Positions 49,785-58,770 of a stretch of 64,000 nt of DNA are shown here, piece after piece; positions within the stretch are counted from its first letter, which is position 1; each line of letters begins with the position of its first letter. Position numbers and translations under genes: made by a program. Source of the DNA: Gemmatimonadota bacterium (GTDB lineage: Bacteria; Gemmatimonadota; Gemmatimonadetes; Gemmatimonadales; GWC2-71-9); assembly GCA_003169895.1 (NCBI GenBank), contig PNAE01000004.1:297186-361185 (forward strand). The letters run 5' to 3'. The notes beneath the pieces were generated by a model. That model saw only the letters and a program-made list of their open reading frames with translations, was not told where the DNA came from and searched no databases.

Positions 49785-51476
49785 ATGCCTTCGTTCCGCC
49801 GCCCAGCGCTGCTCGCTGCCGCGTTCACGCTCGCCTCGTGCAATGCGCCCACGGCGGACCCATCGCCCCAGCAGGTGACCACGGCCCAAGCCGCGATCAC
49901 CGCGCCCGGCATTCTCGGCCACATCAGGGCGCTCGCCGACGACTCGATGCTCGGCCGCGCTCCGGGTGGTATTGGGGAAGACCGCGCCATCAAGTACATC
50001 AGCGACCAGTTCACGGCGATCGGACTCGTCCCGGGCAACCCCGACGGCACCTGGTTCCAGAACGTGGAACTCCTCGGTTTCACCGGGCAGCCAACCGCCG
50101 AGTTTCACATCGGGCGCAAGACCATCAAGCTCGATTTCCCGAAGGACTATGTCGCGGCTTCGCTTCGTGAAGCGCCCGAGATTGATGTCGACAACTCCGC
50201 CCTGGTGTTCGTCGGCTACGGCGTGGTTGCCCCGGAGTACAACTGGGACGACTACAAGGGTGTCGACGTCACCGGGAAGACGATCGTGATGCTGGTGAAC
50301 GACCCGCCGGTGCCCGATCCCAGGGATTCCACCCAGCTCGACTCCACTGTGTTTCGGGGCAACGCGATGACCTACTACGGGCGGTGGACCTACAAGTACG
50401 AAATCGCCAGTACCAAGGGTGCCGCGGCGGCCATCGTAGTGCACCAGACCGGGCCGGCCGGGTATCCCTGGGGCGTCGTGGCACACAGCTGGTCCGGCGA
50501 GAACATGGATGTCAAGCACCCCGATGGAAACAAGGCGCAGGTAGGTATCCAGGCATGGATCACCTACGACAGGGCGAAAGAACTGTTCAAGGCCGCGGGC
50601 AAGGATTTCGATCAACTCGAGCGGGCCGCTCGAGAGCGCGATTTCCACCCGGTCCCGCTGGGTGCCACGGCAACATTTCACGTCCGGAACACCGTGCGCC
50701 AGGTCCATTCGCACAACGTCGTCGGCAAACTCACGGGCTCGGACCCCAAGCTGCGCGACGAATACGTCATCTACACCGCGCACTGGGACCATCTCGGTAC
50801 CGGCGCGCCGGTCAATGGTGACTCGATCTTCAACGGAGCGATCGACAACGCATCCGGCGTTGCCGGCATCCTCGAACTGGCAAAGGCCTTCAAGGCGCTG
50901 CCGGTCGCGCCCAAGCGGTCGGTGCTCTTCATGGCGGTGACCGCGGAGGAAAAGGGCCTGCTCGGCGCCAAGTACTATGTAGAGAATCCGCTCTACCCAT
51001 TGGCGAAGACCGTGGCGGATCTCAACATTGATGGTCTCAATCAGTGGGGCCGGACCAGCGACGTGGTGGTGATCGGCAAGGGCAACTCAACGCTGGAAGA
51101 CCTGCTGGCGGACGCGGCGTTGGCGCACCAGCGAACGTTGTCTGCGGATGCCGAACCGGAGAAAGGGTTCTACTACCGCGCGGACCACTTCGAGTTCGCC
51201 AAGAAGGGCGTTCCCGCGATGTTCCTCGACAACGGCATCCACTATATCGGCAAGCCCGATGACTACAGCAAGAAAAAGCGGGACGAATACACCGAGCACG
51301 ACTATCACAACGTCACGGACGAGGTGAAACCGGGTTGGGACCTGAGTGGCGCGGTCGACGATCTCGGGCTGCTCTTCGTGGTGGGAATTCGGGCCGCCGA
51401 TGACGCGACGTGGCCGGTGTGGCAGCCCGGTACGGAGTTCAAGGCGATCCGCGAGAAGATGCTCGCCGGACACTGA
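49785..51476 (+). CDS. M28 family metallopeptidase with PA domain, lipoprotein
   Basis: Leader MPSFRRPALLAAAFTLASC (lipobox). HWDHLG, NGAIDNASGVAG, FMAVTAEEKGLLG and YHNVTDE motifs. Confidence 0.8.
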   Translation: MPSFRRPALLAAAFTLASCNAPTADPSPQQVTTAQAAITAPGILGHIRALADDSMLGRAPGGIGEDRAIKYISDQFTAIGLVPGNPDGTWFQNVELLGFTGQPTAEFHIGRKTIKLDFPKDYVAASLREAPEIDVDNSALVFVGYGVVAPEYNWDDYKGVDVTGKTIVMLVNDPPVPDPRDSTQLDSTVFRGNAMTYYGRWTYKYEIASTKGAAAAIVVHQTGPAGYPWGVVAHSWSGENMDVKHPDGNKAQVGIQAWITYDRAKELFKAAGKDFDQLERAARERDFHPVPLGATATFHVRNTVRQVHSHNVVGKLTGSDPKLRDEYVIYTAHWDHLGTGAPVNGDSIFNGAIDNASGVAGILELAKAFKALPVAPKRSVLFMAVTAEEKGLLGAKYYVENPLYPLAKTVADLNIDGLNQWGRTSDVVVIGKGNSTLEDLLADAALAHQRTLSADAEPEKGFYYRADHFEFAKKGVPAMFLDNGIHYIGKPDDYSKKKRDEYTEHDYHNVTDEVKPGWDLSGAVDDLGLLFVVGIRAADDATWPVWQPGTEFKAIREKMLAGH

Positions 51477-51482
51477 CCGGTC

Positions 51483-52898
51483 GTGACCGACCTCGCCGGA
51501 CCCGCGGCGACCCCGCCGTCGGCGTGGTCGACCATCCGCGAAGCCATTCGCGGCTCGCACCAGGATTTCACCGAAGGCAGCATCGGCCGAGCGGTGGTGC
51601 TGCTGGCCATTCCGATGGTGCTCGAAATGGTGATGGAGAGCGTGTTCGCGGTGACGGACATGTTCTTCGTCTCACGCCTCGGCGCCGACTCCGTGGCCGC
51701 GGTCGGCCTGACCGAATCCGTGCTGTCGCTGGTCTACGCGATCGCGATGGGACTGTCGGTGGGCGTCACCGCGATCGTGGCGCGCCGGATCGGCGAGAAG
51801 AACCACGACGCTGCATCGCGGGGTGCCGCGCAGGGGATCCTCCTCGGCGCATCAATCGCTCTCGTGCTTGGCGTCCTGGGCGTGATCCTGGCGCCCAGGC
51901 TGTTGGGCGTGATGGGGGCGTCACCAGCTGTGATCGCCACGGGAAGTGGGTACACGCGGGTGATCCTCGGCGGCGACGCCACCGTCGTCCTGCTCTTCGT
52001 GCTTAACGCCGCATTCCGCGGGGCGGGTGACCCGAGTATCGCGATGCGTGTGCTGTGGATCGCGAACGGCATCAACATTCTCCTGGGTCCGTGCCTGATA
52101 TTTGGCGTGGGCCCGTTCCCGCGACTGGGTGTCACCGGTGCGGCGGTCGCGACGACGATCGGGCGGGGCACGGGCGTGTTGCTGGCATTCTCCGCCGTGG
52201 TGCGGCCCGGCGGCCGGCTCCTGGTGCGGTTCCGGCAGTTCATTCCCGATCGCCAGCTGATGCGCCACCTCGTTGCGCTGGGCTCGTCGGCCTCGTTGCA
52301 ATTTCTGGTTGGAACTGCCAGCTGGATCGGTCTTACCCGTCTGCTCGCGACGTTTGGCAGCGAGGCGGTTGCCGGCTACACGGTCGCATTGCGCATGGTG
52401 ATCTTCGCCATCCTGCCGGCTTGGGGATTGGCCAATGCCGCCGCGACCATGGTCGGGCAGGGGCTCGGCGCAGGAAAGCCGGACCGCGCGGAGCGGGCGG
52501 TATGGACGGCGTGCCGTTATAACCTCGGGTTCCTGGGTCTGCTGGGCGTCATCTTTCTCATCGCGGCACCCGGCATCGCGGGACTGTTCGGCCACGATCC
52601 GGTGATGGCCCATTACGCAGTGCGCTGCCTGCGCATTATCGCCGTCGGGTTCCCGCTCTACGCCTTCGGCATGGTGTTGACCCAGGCGTTCAATGGGGCC
52701 GGCGATACCTGGACGCCGACCTGGCTCAACTTCGTCGTCTTCTGGTGCTGGGAGATCCCGTTGGCTTGGGTACTCGCCAAGCCGCTGGGATTCGGCAGCG
52801 ACGGCGCGTTCATCGCCATCGCGGTGGCGTTTTCGACGCTGGCGGCAGCGGCGGCCCTGGCCTTTCGGCGCGGACGGTGGAAGCTCACGACCGTGTGA
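51483..52898 (+). CDS. MATE family efflux transporter
   Basis: 471 aa with 12 TM helices. The N-terminal 'LLAIPMVLEMVMESVFAVTDMFFVSRLG' is typical of MATE. Confidence 0.88.
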   Translation: MTDLAGPAATPPSAWSTIREAIRGSHQDFTEGSIGRAVVLLAIPMVLEMVMESVFAVTDMFFVSRLGADSVAAVGLTESVLSLVYAIAMGLSVGVTAIVARRIGEKNHDAASRGAAQGILLGASIALVLGVLGVILAPRLLGVMGASPAVIATGSGYTRVILGGDATVVLLFVLNAAFRGAGDPSIAMRVLWIANGINILLGPCLIFGVGPFPRLGVTGAAVATTIGRGTGVLLAFSAVVRPGGRLLVRFRQFIPDRQLMRHLVALGSSASLQFLVGTASWIGLTRLLATFGSEAVAGYTVALRMVIFAILPAWGLANAAATMVGQGLGAGKPDRAERAVWTACRYNLGFLGLLGVIFLIAAPGIAGLFGHDPVMAHYAVRCLRIIAVGFPLYAFGMVLTQAFNGAGDTWTPTWLNFVVFWCWEIPLAWVLAKPLGFGSDGAFIAIAVAFSTLAAAAALAFRRGRWKLTTV

Positions 52899-52993
52899 AC
52901 CACCACCGGTTTCCTCAGTTGCCCTTCGGCGGTTACTGCAGTTGCTTTGCCGCCGTTGTTCGTCTTGGTCCCGCACCGGCCGGAGAGCGTCAC

Positions 52994-53362
52994 ATGATCG
53001 AACGGTACCTGACCATGCTCTGCTTCTGTGTTGCGCCAGCGGCCCGTGCGCAGAAGCATGTCGACATCACGGGCACCTGGCGCGTCGATGCTGGCGCTGA
53101 CACCCGGAACGGACCGCGCGAGGTGATCATCCGCGCCGATTCGTCTGCGTCGTGGGGAAAGGAAACGGTGCGCTGGCGCCTCAAGAACGACATGATTTCC
53201 ATCGTGCTTGGCGGCGAATGGGAGACCTACCATGTCAAGGTGAAGGACGCCTCGCTCACCCTCTCGGGCGGCGACCTTCAGAAGCCAGTCACGCTACGCA
53301 AAGCCGGCCCGCCCACGCCGCGGCCGCCGAACGCGAAGATTCCCGACGATCCGGACCATTAG
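52994..53362 (+). CDS. hypothetical small secreted protein
   Basis: 122 aa. Signal-like MIERYLTMLCFCVAPAARAQ, a beta-rich core and a Pro-rich tail. GGAGAG is upstream. Confidence 0.5.
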   Translation: MIERYLTMLCFCVAPAARAQKHVDITGTWRVDAGADTRNGPREVIIRADSSASWGKETVRWRLKNDMISIVLGGEWETYHVKVKDASLTLSGGDLQKPVTLRKAGPPTPRPPNAKIPDDPDH

Positions 53363-53451
53363 ACCACGTAAGCGATCAGAGGTAAGCGGTGAAAGGGGGA
53401 CCCACCGTTTCGAATGGAGTCGCCCTCTCACGTCTCACTTTTCACGGCCCA

Positions 53452-54252
53452 TCAGGCGAACAACGACTGCTGCGCCGGACCGCGGATCGCTATCGTCGCC
53501 ATCGGCCCGTCCTGCTCGGCGAGCACCAGGTCGCCGCGAAAGCCGCGGGCGGAAAGCGACGTCATCACCGTGCCGCGGGCAGCCTCCTCGCTGTTGCACC
53601 GCTGGCTCAGGTGGGCGAGCACCACCGTTTGCAGGCCATCGTGATGTACTTCATCGAGCAGCCGCGCCGCATCCCGGTTGGACAGATGACCGCCGGGACC
53701 TGCGATGCGCTGCTGGACCACCACCGGATAACCACTGGTGCGGAGCAGCGTCTCGTCGTGGTTTGCTTCGAGGATCAGGCAGTGACGGTCCCGGAGGAAC
53801 CAGCGGACCGCCTGCGTCGGCCGGCCGAGATCGTACGCCGCGCCAAGCGAAACCCCGCCGGGCATGGTCACGCCCAGCGCGATTGGCTCAGCCGCATCGT
53901 GCGACGTCGGGCACGCGTTGACCGTGAACGGGCCGGCCACCGTCGTGGTCGCCATGCCGAGGGGCAGGTAATCGCATCGCTCGCCGGTCGCGGCGAGCGC
54001 CCGCCAGGTTCCGAATGACGCGAGGATCGGCGCGCCATGGCGGGCCGCGAGCCGGGTCGCGCCGGCGGCATGGTCGCCGTGTTCATGGGTGAGCGCGATG
54101 CCGATCAACGCGGTTGGTGCGACGCCCGCGAGTTCGAGGCGCCGCTCGATCTCTCGCGCCGAGAAGCCGGCGTCGATCAACAGCACCGCCCCGTCACAAA
54201 CGAGCGCGAAGCAGTTGCCGCGAGAACCCGATCCCAGAACGATGAGGTTCAC
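53452..54252 (-). CDS. MBL fold metallo-hydrolase
   Basis: VNLIVLGSGSRGNCFAL and HxHxDH motif LTHEHGDHAAG. GTG 54252 overlaps the upstream stop (GTGA). Confidence 0.8.
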   Translation of the reverse strand: MNLIVLGSGSRGNCFALVCDGAVLLIDAGFSAREIERRLELAGVAPTALIGIALTHEHGDHAAGATRLAARHGAPILASFGTWRALAATGERCDYLPLGMATTTVAGPFTVNACPTSHDAAEPIALGVTMPGGVSLGAAYDLGRPTQAVRWFLRDRHCLILEANHDETLLRTSGYPVVVQQRIAGPGGHLSNRDAARLLDEVHHDGLQTVVLAHLSQRCNSEEAARGTVMTSLSARGFRGDLVLAEQDGPMATIAIRGPAQQSLFA

Positions 54253-55418
54253 GCGCCCGTCATTCGGCGATGCATCGCGCGCAATGACGCTTCCATGTCG
54301 GCATCGACGGCGACATCCCGCCGCGGCAGGATTCGCTTTGCGGTGGCGATGAACTCGTCTACCGCGAGCCGTTCGGCGGTGTCGCCGCCCCAGGCAAATG
54401 GCGCGGTGTACTTCTGGGCGCGGGTTGCCGCGAAGAGATTCGCCCCGGCGCCCACGACTGCGCCAGTCGGCAGCAACGTGCCAATCGCCGTCTTCGCGTG
54501 ATCGCCGATCAGCGCCCCGAGGTTCGTTCGCCCGGTCTCGAGCCGCGCTCCGGCGACATCCAGCCTGATCGGGCCGTAGGTGTTCTTGAGGTTTGACGTG
54601 ATCGTGCCGGCACCGAGGTTCACCCATTCGCCGATCACCGAGTGACCGACGAAGCCGTCGTGGCTCTTGTTGGAGTAGCCGCCGAATACTGACGTACTGA
54701 TTTCGCCGTGCAGTCGGCAGCGCGGCCCGGCGCTCACATGGCGCAACTGGCCGCCGAGGATCCAGGTGCCTTCACCGGCCCAGAACGGGCCCTCGAGGCG
54801 GCTGCCGCTTCTCACCTGCACGCCGCGCTCCAAGATGATGGCGCCCTTGCGGGCATCCAGCACCACTCCGGGTTCGACCTCGGCGCCGTGCAACGCAATC
54901 GCCGCCGGATTGCCGAGCACGATGGTTCCGTCGGGGATCGCGCTCGTGGTTTCGCTGAGCGATTCGAGGGTATCGCCAAACAGCAGCTGTTCCAGGGCGG
55001 TGATCAGGTCGTATGTCCCGGCGAGGGCGCGGCCATCGACGACCAGTCCGTCACCCTGCTCGAACGTCCCTTCCCAGCGCTGCCCGGCATCCAATCGCCA
55101 GGCGACAGCGCGCCCCGCGTGCAGCAGCCGCTTGGCGCCACCGATCGCGCGCATCGGCAACTTGGGCGCGAAGGTGGCGTCGGCGATCCACGCCGGGCCA
55201 ACGATATGGTCGGCGTCGATCAGCGGCGGTCCGTGCAGCTGATAGTGTCCCGTGACGTGAGGCGCCACAATGCCGGTTGCGCGCGCATTCAGCGCGCGGG
55301 CCCAGCGTTCGCGCAGGCGCCACATGCCGGCGCGCAGTTCGCTGAGCGGGACCGCGCCGGCGAATGGCGCCCACGCCGCATCCGGCGCCGCCGGCTCGAG
55401 CAGGTACAGGGCGCTCAC
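54249..55418 (-). CDS. putative sugar nucleotidyltransferase with left-handed beta-helix (GlmU-like, alt type)
   Basis: The C-terminal half is rich in hexapeptide repeats (VIGEWVNLGAGTITSN, ALIGDHAKTAIGTLLPTGAVVGAGANLF). The N-terminal part is NTP-transferase-like. GTG 55418 lies 1 nt after the upstream stop. Confidence 0.65.
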   Translation of the reverse strand: MSALYLLEPAAPDAAWAPFAGAVPLSELRAGMWRLRERWARALNARATGIVAPHVTGHYQLHGPPLIDADHIVGPAWIADATFAPKLPMRAIGGAKRLLHAGRAVAWRLDAGQRWEGTFEQGDGLVVDGRALAGTYDLITALEQLLFGDTLESLSETTSAIPDGTIVLGNPAAIALHGAEVEPGVVLDARKGAIILERGVQVRSGSRLEGPFWAGEGTWILGGQLRHVSAGPRCRLHGEISTSVFGGYSNKSHDGFVGHSVIGEWVNLGAGTITSNLKNTYGPIRLDVAGARLETGRTNLGALIGDHAKTAIGTLLPTGAVVGAGANLFAATRAQKYTAPFAWGGDTAERLAVDEFIATAKRILPRRDVAVDADMEASLRAMHRRMTGA

Positions 55419-55419
55419 G

Positions 55420-56448
55420 TCATGCCAGTTCGCGCACGTCGGCGGGCAACGCGTTGAGAGTTCGCTTGAGATCGGGCGCACGGGCGCGATCCAGCACGAG
55501 CGTGCGTTCGTTGGCGTACACCACGACGAGGTCGTGCACGCCGCTCAGTACCATCGGCGGGCCGTCGTTCCAGACGATGCAGTCGCTGCACTCGACCAGC
55601 GTCACCGATCCATGGGTGACATTGCCGCGGCGATCGCGTGGCCGGACCCTGGCCAGCGCTTCCCACGTTCCGATATCGTCCCACGCGAAATCGCCGGCGA
55701 CCACGGCGACCGAATCGCTCCGCTCGAATACCCCCACGTCGATCGACACGGCGCGCACGTCGCGAAAGAAGCCGGCGATGTCGCCGGCATCGAGTTGTGC
55801 CAGGAACGGCGCGATCTCGGGCGTGTGCGCCATGACCTCGCGGCGCAGGTCCACGGCCCGCCACGCGAAGAGTCCGCTGTTCCACAGGGCGCCCTCCGCC
55901 ATCAGGTCGAGCGCGCGCGCGCCGTCGGGCTTCTCCACGAAGCGGCCGACGGTGCGTGCCGCCGAGTCGAGGCGCTCGCCCGGCACGATGTAGCCGAATC
56001 CGGTTTCCGGGCGGGACGGTACAATTCCCACCGTCACCAATCGACCATGCCGAACCGCCGTATCCAGCGCCGTGGCAGCACTGGCGACGAATGCGGCCGG
56101 ATCGCGCACGATCCAGTCGGCGTGCATGGAAATGACCGTGGCGTCGGGGTCGCGCCGCGCGGCCTCCAGCGTGGCCCAGACCAGTGCCGGTCCGGTCGAT
56201 GCCGCACGCGGCTCGACCAGGAAGTTCTCGATAGGCAGGGCGAGGTGTTCCCGCAGCGGCGCGGCCAGCGACGCACCAGAGACGACCAGGATGCGCTCCG
56301 CCGGAATAAACCCGGCCAGCCGATCGACGGCGTCCTCGGCGCTCGACCGCCGGCCGGCAATCGGCAGCAGCTGCTTGGGCCGCGACGGCGATGAGAGCGG
56401 CCAGAATCGGGTACCGGATCCACCGGCGAGCAGGATCGCCCATTGCAT
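55420..56448 (-). CDS. mannose-1-phosphate guanylyltransferase (no PMI/cupin domain)
   Basis: MQWAILLAGGSGTRFWPLSSPSRPKQLL and GYI...FVEKPD motifs. Confidence 0.85.
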   Translation of the reverse strand: MQWAILLAGGSGTRFWPLSSPSRPKQLLPIAGRRSSAEDAVDRLAGFIPAERILVVSGASLAAPLREHLALPIENFLVEPRAASTGPALVWATLEAARRDPDATVISMHADWIVRDPAAFVASAATALDTAVRHGRLVTVGIVPSRPETGFGYIVPGERLDSAARTVGRFVEKPDGARALDLMAEGALWNSGLFAWRAVDLRREVMAHTPEIAPFLAQLDAGDIAGFFRDVRAVSIDVGVFERSDSVAVVAGDFAWDDIGTWEALARVRPRDRRGNVTHGSVTLVECSDCIVWNDGPPMVLSGVHDLVVVYANERTLVLDRARAPDLKRTLNALPADVRELA

Positions 56449-56462
56449 CGATCAGCGTCCCC

Positions 56463-56816
56463 TCACAGTAGCGACTCGAGTGCGGGCGCGTGGCGTCGCA
56501 CATCGTATAGCAGCACACCCAGGTCGCCGTCCTCCGCCGCCAGCACCAGCAGCAGCCCGCCCGACGGCAGGGGCTGCACCACCAGAGCGCCACGGCTGCT
56601 TTCCACGACGGCCTGCGTCCACCGCCCGCCCCGGGCCGAGTCGCTCAAGCTGGCCACGCTCCGGGCGACGCTCGTTGCGAGGGCCGCCAGGGCGTCCGCA
56701 TCGAGCGCCGAAGGCAGGCTGGCTTCGACCACCAGGCCGTCGTCGCTGACCACGACCACGCCGGCGACGTCGGACCGCTCGGCCAGGGCCATCAGGACGG
56801 ATCGCAGCGGCTGCAT
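56463..56816 (-). CDS. roadblock/LC7 domain-containing protein
   Basis: 117 aa. The pattern VAGVVVVSDDGLVVEAS ... GALVVQPLPSGGLLLVLAAEDGDLGVLLYDVR is typical of Robl/LC7 (MglB-like). Confidence 0.72.
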   Translation of the reverse strand: MQPLRSVLMALAERSDVAGVVVVSDDGLVVEASLPSALDADALAALATSVARSVASLSDSARGGRWTQAVVESSRGALVVQPLPSGGLLLVLAAEDGDLGVLLYDVRRHAPALESLL

Positions 56817-56930
56817 CAGATCAACTCCGGGATGGCGGGTGGGACGCGCGAAGCTAGGACGCCGACCGCGGCGAAGTCAAGCAACCACGCCGGGTTGCCG
56901 CGTTCTCGCGAGCGGTCTAACCTTCTGGCC

Positions 56931-57482
56931 ATGATTCATCGGTTCGCGCTCCTGGTGGGAATTTCTGCGACTGCGGCGTGCAACGCCAGCCAACTGGCGC
57001 CGGCGCAGGTCAGCAACACCGTCGACACCGTCACCATGGGGGCGCTCGGCGGCGCGGCGCTGCAATACCCGGCAGCGTTCGACATTACGGTCGGCCAGGC
57101 GGTGCGGACCGACCAGACCTCCGCGTTCGATTTCGTCTACAACATCGATTCGGCCGGGCGCCACGTGTTGCTCCCGCTGCATGCGATCACTGGCCTGGGC
57201 AACAAGACCGGTAACAACCCCGGGTTCATTCGCGAAACGGTGACGTTCGACCAGATCACCGTCGCGCCAACGGACACCTATCTCACCACCGACACCCTCG
57301 TCATCGCGCCCGGCGATTTGCTCGTCGCGCGGTCACGGGTTGCCTGCTACCTCGGCGTCCCCCAATACGCCAAGCTGCAGGTACTCGATTTTGACGACGC
57401 CCTCAAGACGGTCCGGCTCGAAGTCCTGTCCGATACCAACTGCGGATACAAGAATCTGCAGCCGGGCACCCCCACCAACTGA
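56931..57482 (+). CDS. hypothetical secreted protein / possible lipoprotein
   Basis: 183 aa. Leader MIHRFALLVGISATAAC. No recognisable family. Confidence 0.5.
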   Translation: MIHRFALLVGISATAACNASQLAPAQVSNTVDTVTMGALGGAALQYPAAFDITVGQAVRTDQTSAFDFVYNIDSAGRHVLLPLHAITGLGNKTGNNPGFIRETVTFDQITVAPTDTYLTTDTLVIAPGDLLVARSRVACYLGVPQYAKLQVLDFDDALKTVRLEVLSDTNCGYKNLQPGTPTN

Positions 57483-57486
57483 CGCG

Positions 57487-58770
57487 ATGATCGACGTCCG
57501 CCGAGTTCGTCAGGACCCCGACGCCGCGCGGGCGGCGTTGGCGCGCCGGCTCGACCGCGCCGCGCTCGATCAGCTTGGCCATGTCATCGATCTCGACCAC
57601 CGGCGGCGGGCGCTCGTAGTACAGGTGGAGCAGCTGCAGGCAACGCGCAACGTCCAATCCGATGACGTCGCGCGGCGCAAGAAGGCCCGCGAATCCGCCG
57701 ATGAACTCCTCGTAGCGCTCAAGGCATCCGGCGAGCAGGTCCGGCAGCTCGAGGCGGACCTGAAGGATGTCGAAACCCTGCTCGACGAACACTTGCTCAA
57801 CGTACCGAATTTCCTCCTCGCAGACGTTCCGGACGGCGAGGCGCAGGCCAATCGGGTGGTGCGCGCCTGGGGTCAGCCCCGGCAGTTCGACTTCACGCCC
57901 AAGCCGCATTGGGAACTCGGCCAGACCCTTGGCCTCTTTGACCTGCCCCGGGGCGCTACGCTGGCCGGCTCGGGCTTTCCGCTCTTCACCGGCCAGGGAG
58001 CGCGGCTGGTGCGCGGGCTCATCAATCTGATGCTCGACCTGCACACCCGCGAACATGGCTACCTCGAAGTCCGGCCGCCGTACCTGGTCAACCGGGCGGC
58101 GCTGACCGGTACCGGGCAGCTGCCGAAGTTCGAGGACGATCTGTATCGCACCGCCAGCGATGATCTGTTCCTCATTCCGACTGCCGAAGTGCCGGTGACG
58201 AACATCCACCGCGACGAGATCCTGGATGCGGCCGCCCTCCCGATCGCCATGACGGCGTACACGCCCTGCTTCCGGCGGGAAGCCGGCGCCCATGGCAAGG
58301 ACACCCGAGGGCTGATCCGGGTGCATCAGTTCGACAAGGTGGAGCTGGTCCGGCTGGTTCGTCCCGAGACCAGCGACAGCGAACACCGCTTGCTCACCGG
58401 GCACGCCGAAGCGGTGTTGCAGCGCCTCAACCTGCCGTATCGCGTGCTCGAGCTCGCCGCCGGCGACACGGGATTTGCCAGCGCGCGCACCTTCGACCTC
58501 GAGGCCTGGGCCGCGGGTGTCGGCACCTGGCTTGAAGTCTCCAGCGCCAGCAGCTTCACCGACTTCCAGGCGCGCCGAGCCAACATCCGCTTTCGACCGG
58601 CGGCGAACGCCAAGCCCGAGTTTGTCCATACGCTGAACGCGTCGGGCGTTGCCTTGCCGAGAACCATCGTCGCCTTGCTCGAGAATGGGCAGCAGGCCGA
58701 CGGCTCCGTTATGCTGCCCGACTCGCTGGTCCCCTATGTCGGGACCGATCGCCTCATCCCGCGCTCGTAG
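57487..58770 (+). CDS. serS: serine--tRNA ligase
   Basis: MIDVRRVRQDPD, the N-terminal coiled-coil arm, and class II motifs FRREAG and GSGVALPRTIVALLEN. Confidence 0.95.
   Translation: MIDVRRVRQDPDAARAALARRLDRAALDQLGHVIDLDHRRRALVVQVEQLQATRNVQSDDVARRKKARESADELLVALKASGEQVRQLEADLKDVETLLDEHLLNVPNFLLADVPDGEAQANRVVRAWGQPRQFDFTPKPHWELGQTLGLFDLPRGATLAGSGFPLFTGQGARLVRGLINLMLDLHTREHGYLEVRPPYLVNRAALTGTGQLPKFEDDLYRTASDDLFLIPTAEVPVTNIHRDEILDAAALPIAMTAYTPCFRREAGAHGKDTRGLIRVHQFDKVELVRLVRPETSDSEHRLLTGHAEAVLQRLNLPYRVLELAAGDTGFASARTFDLEAWAAGVGTWLEVSSASSFTDFQARRANIRFRPAANAKPEFVHTLNASGVALPRTIVALLENGQQADGSVMLPDSLVPYVGTDRLIPRS

Noticed and set aside
53363-53451. Weak hairpins in convergent or short intergenic gaps, such as CGGTG-N11-CACCG here, AAACC-GGCTA-GGTTT at about 44272-44286 and GGTCGGG...CCCGACC at about 12912-12941.
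   Set aside because: The stems are only 5-7 bp and lack convincing U-tracts. They are too weak to call as terminators from sequence alone.
57483-57486. A T-box or other leader regulating serS, given that two tRNA-Ser genes and serS share the window.
   Set aside because: serS starts 4 nt after the upstream stop, so there is no room for a leader. Co-occurrence of the tRNA-Ser genes and serS within 64 kb is not significant by itself.
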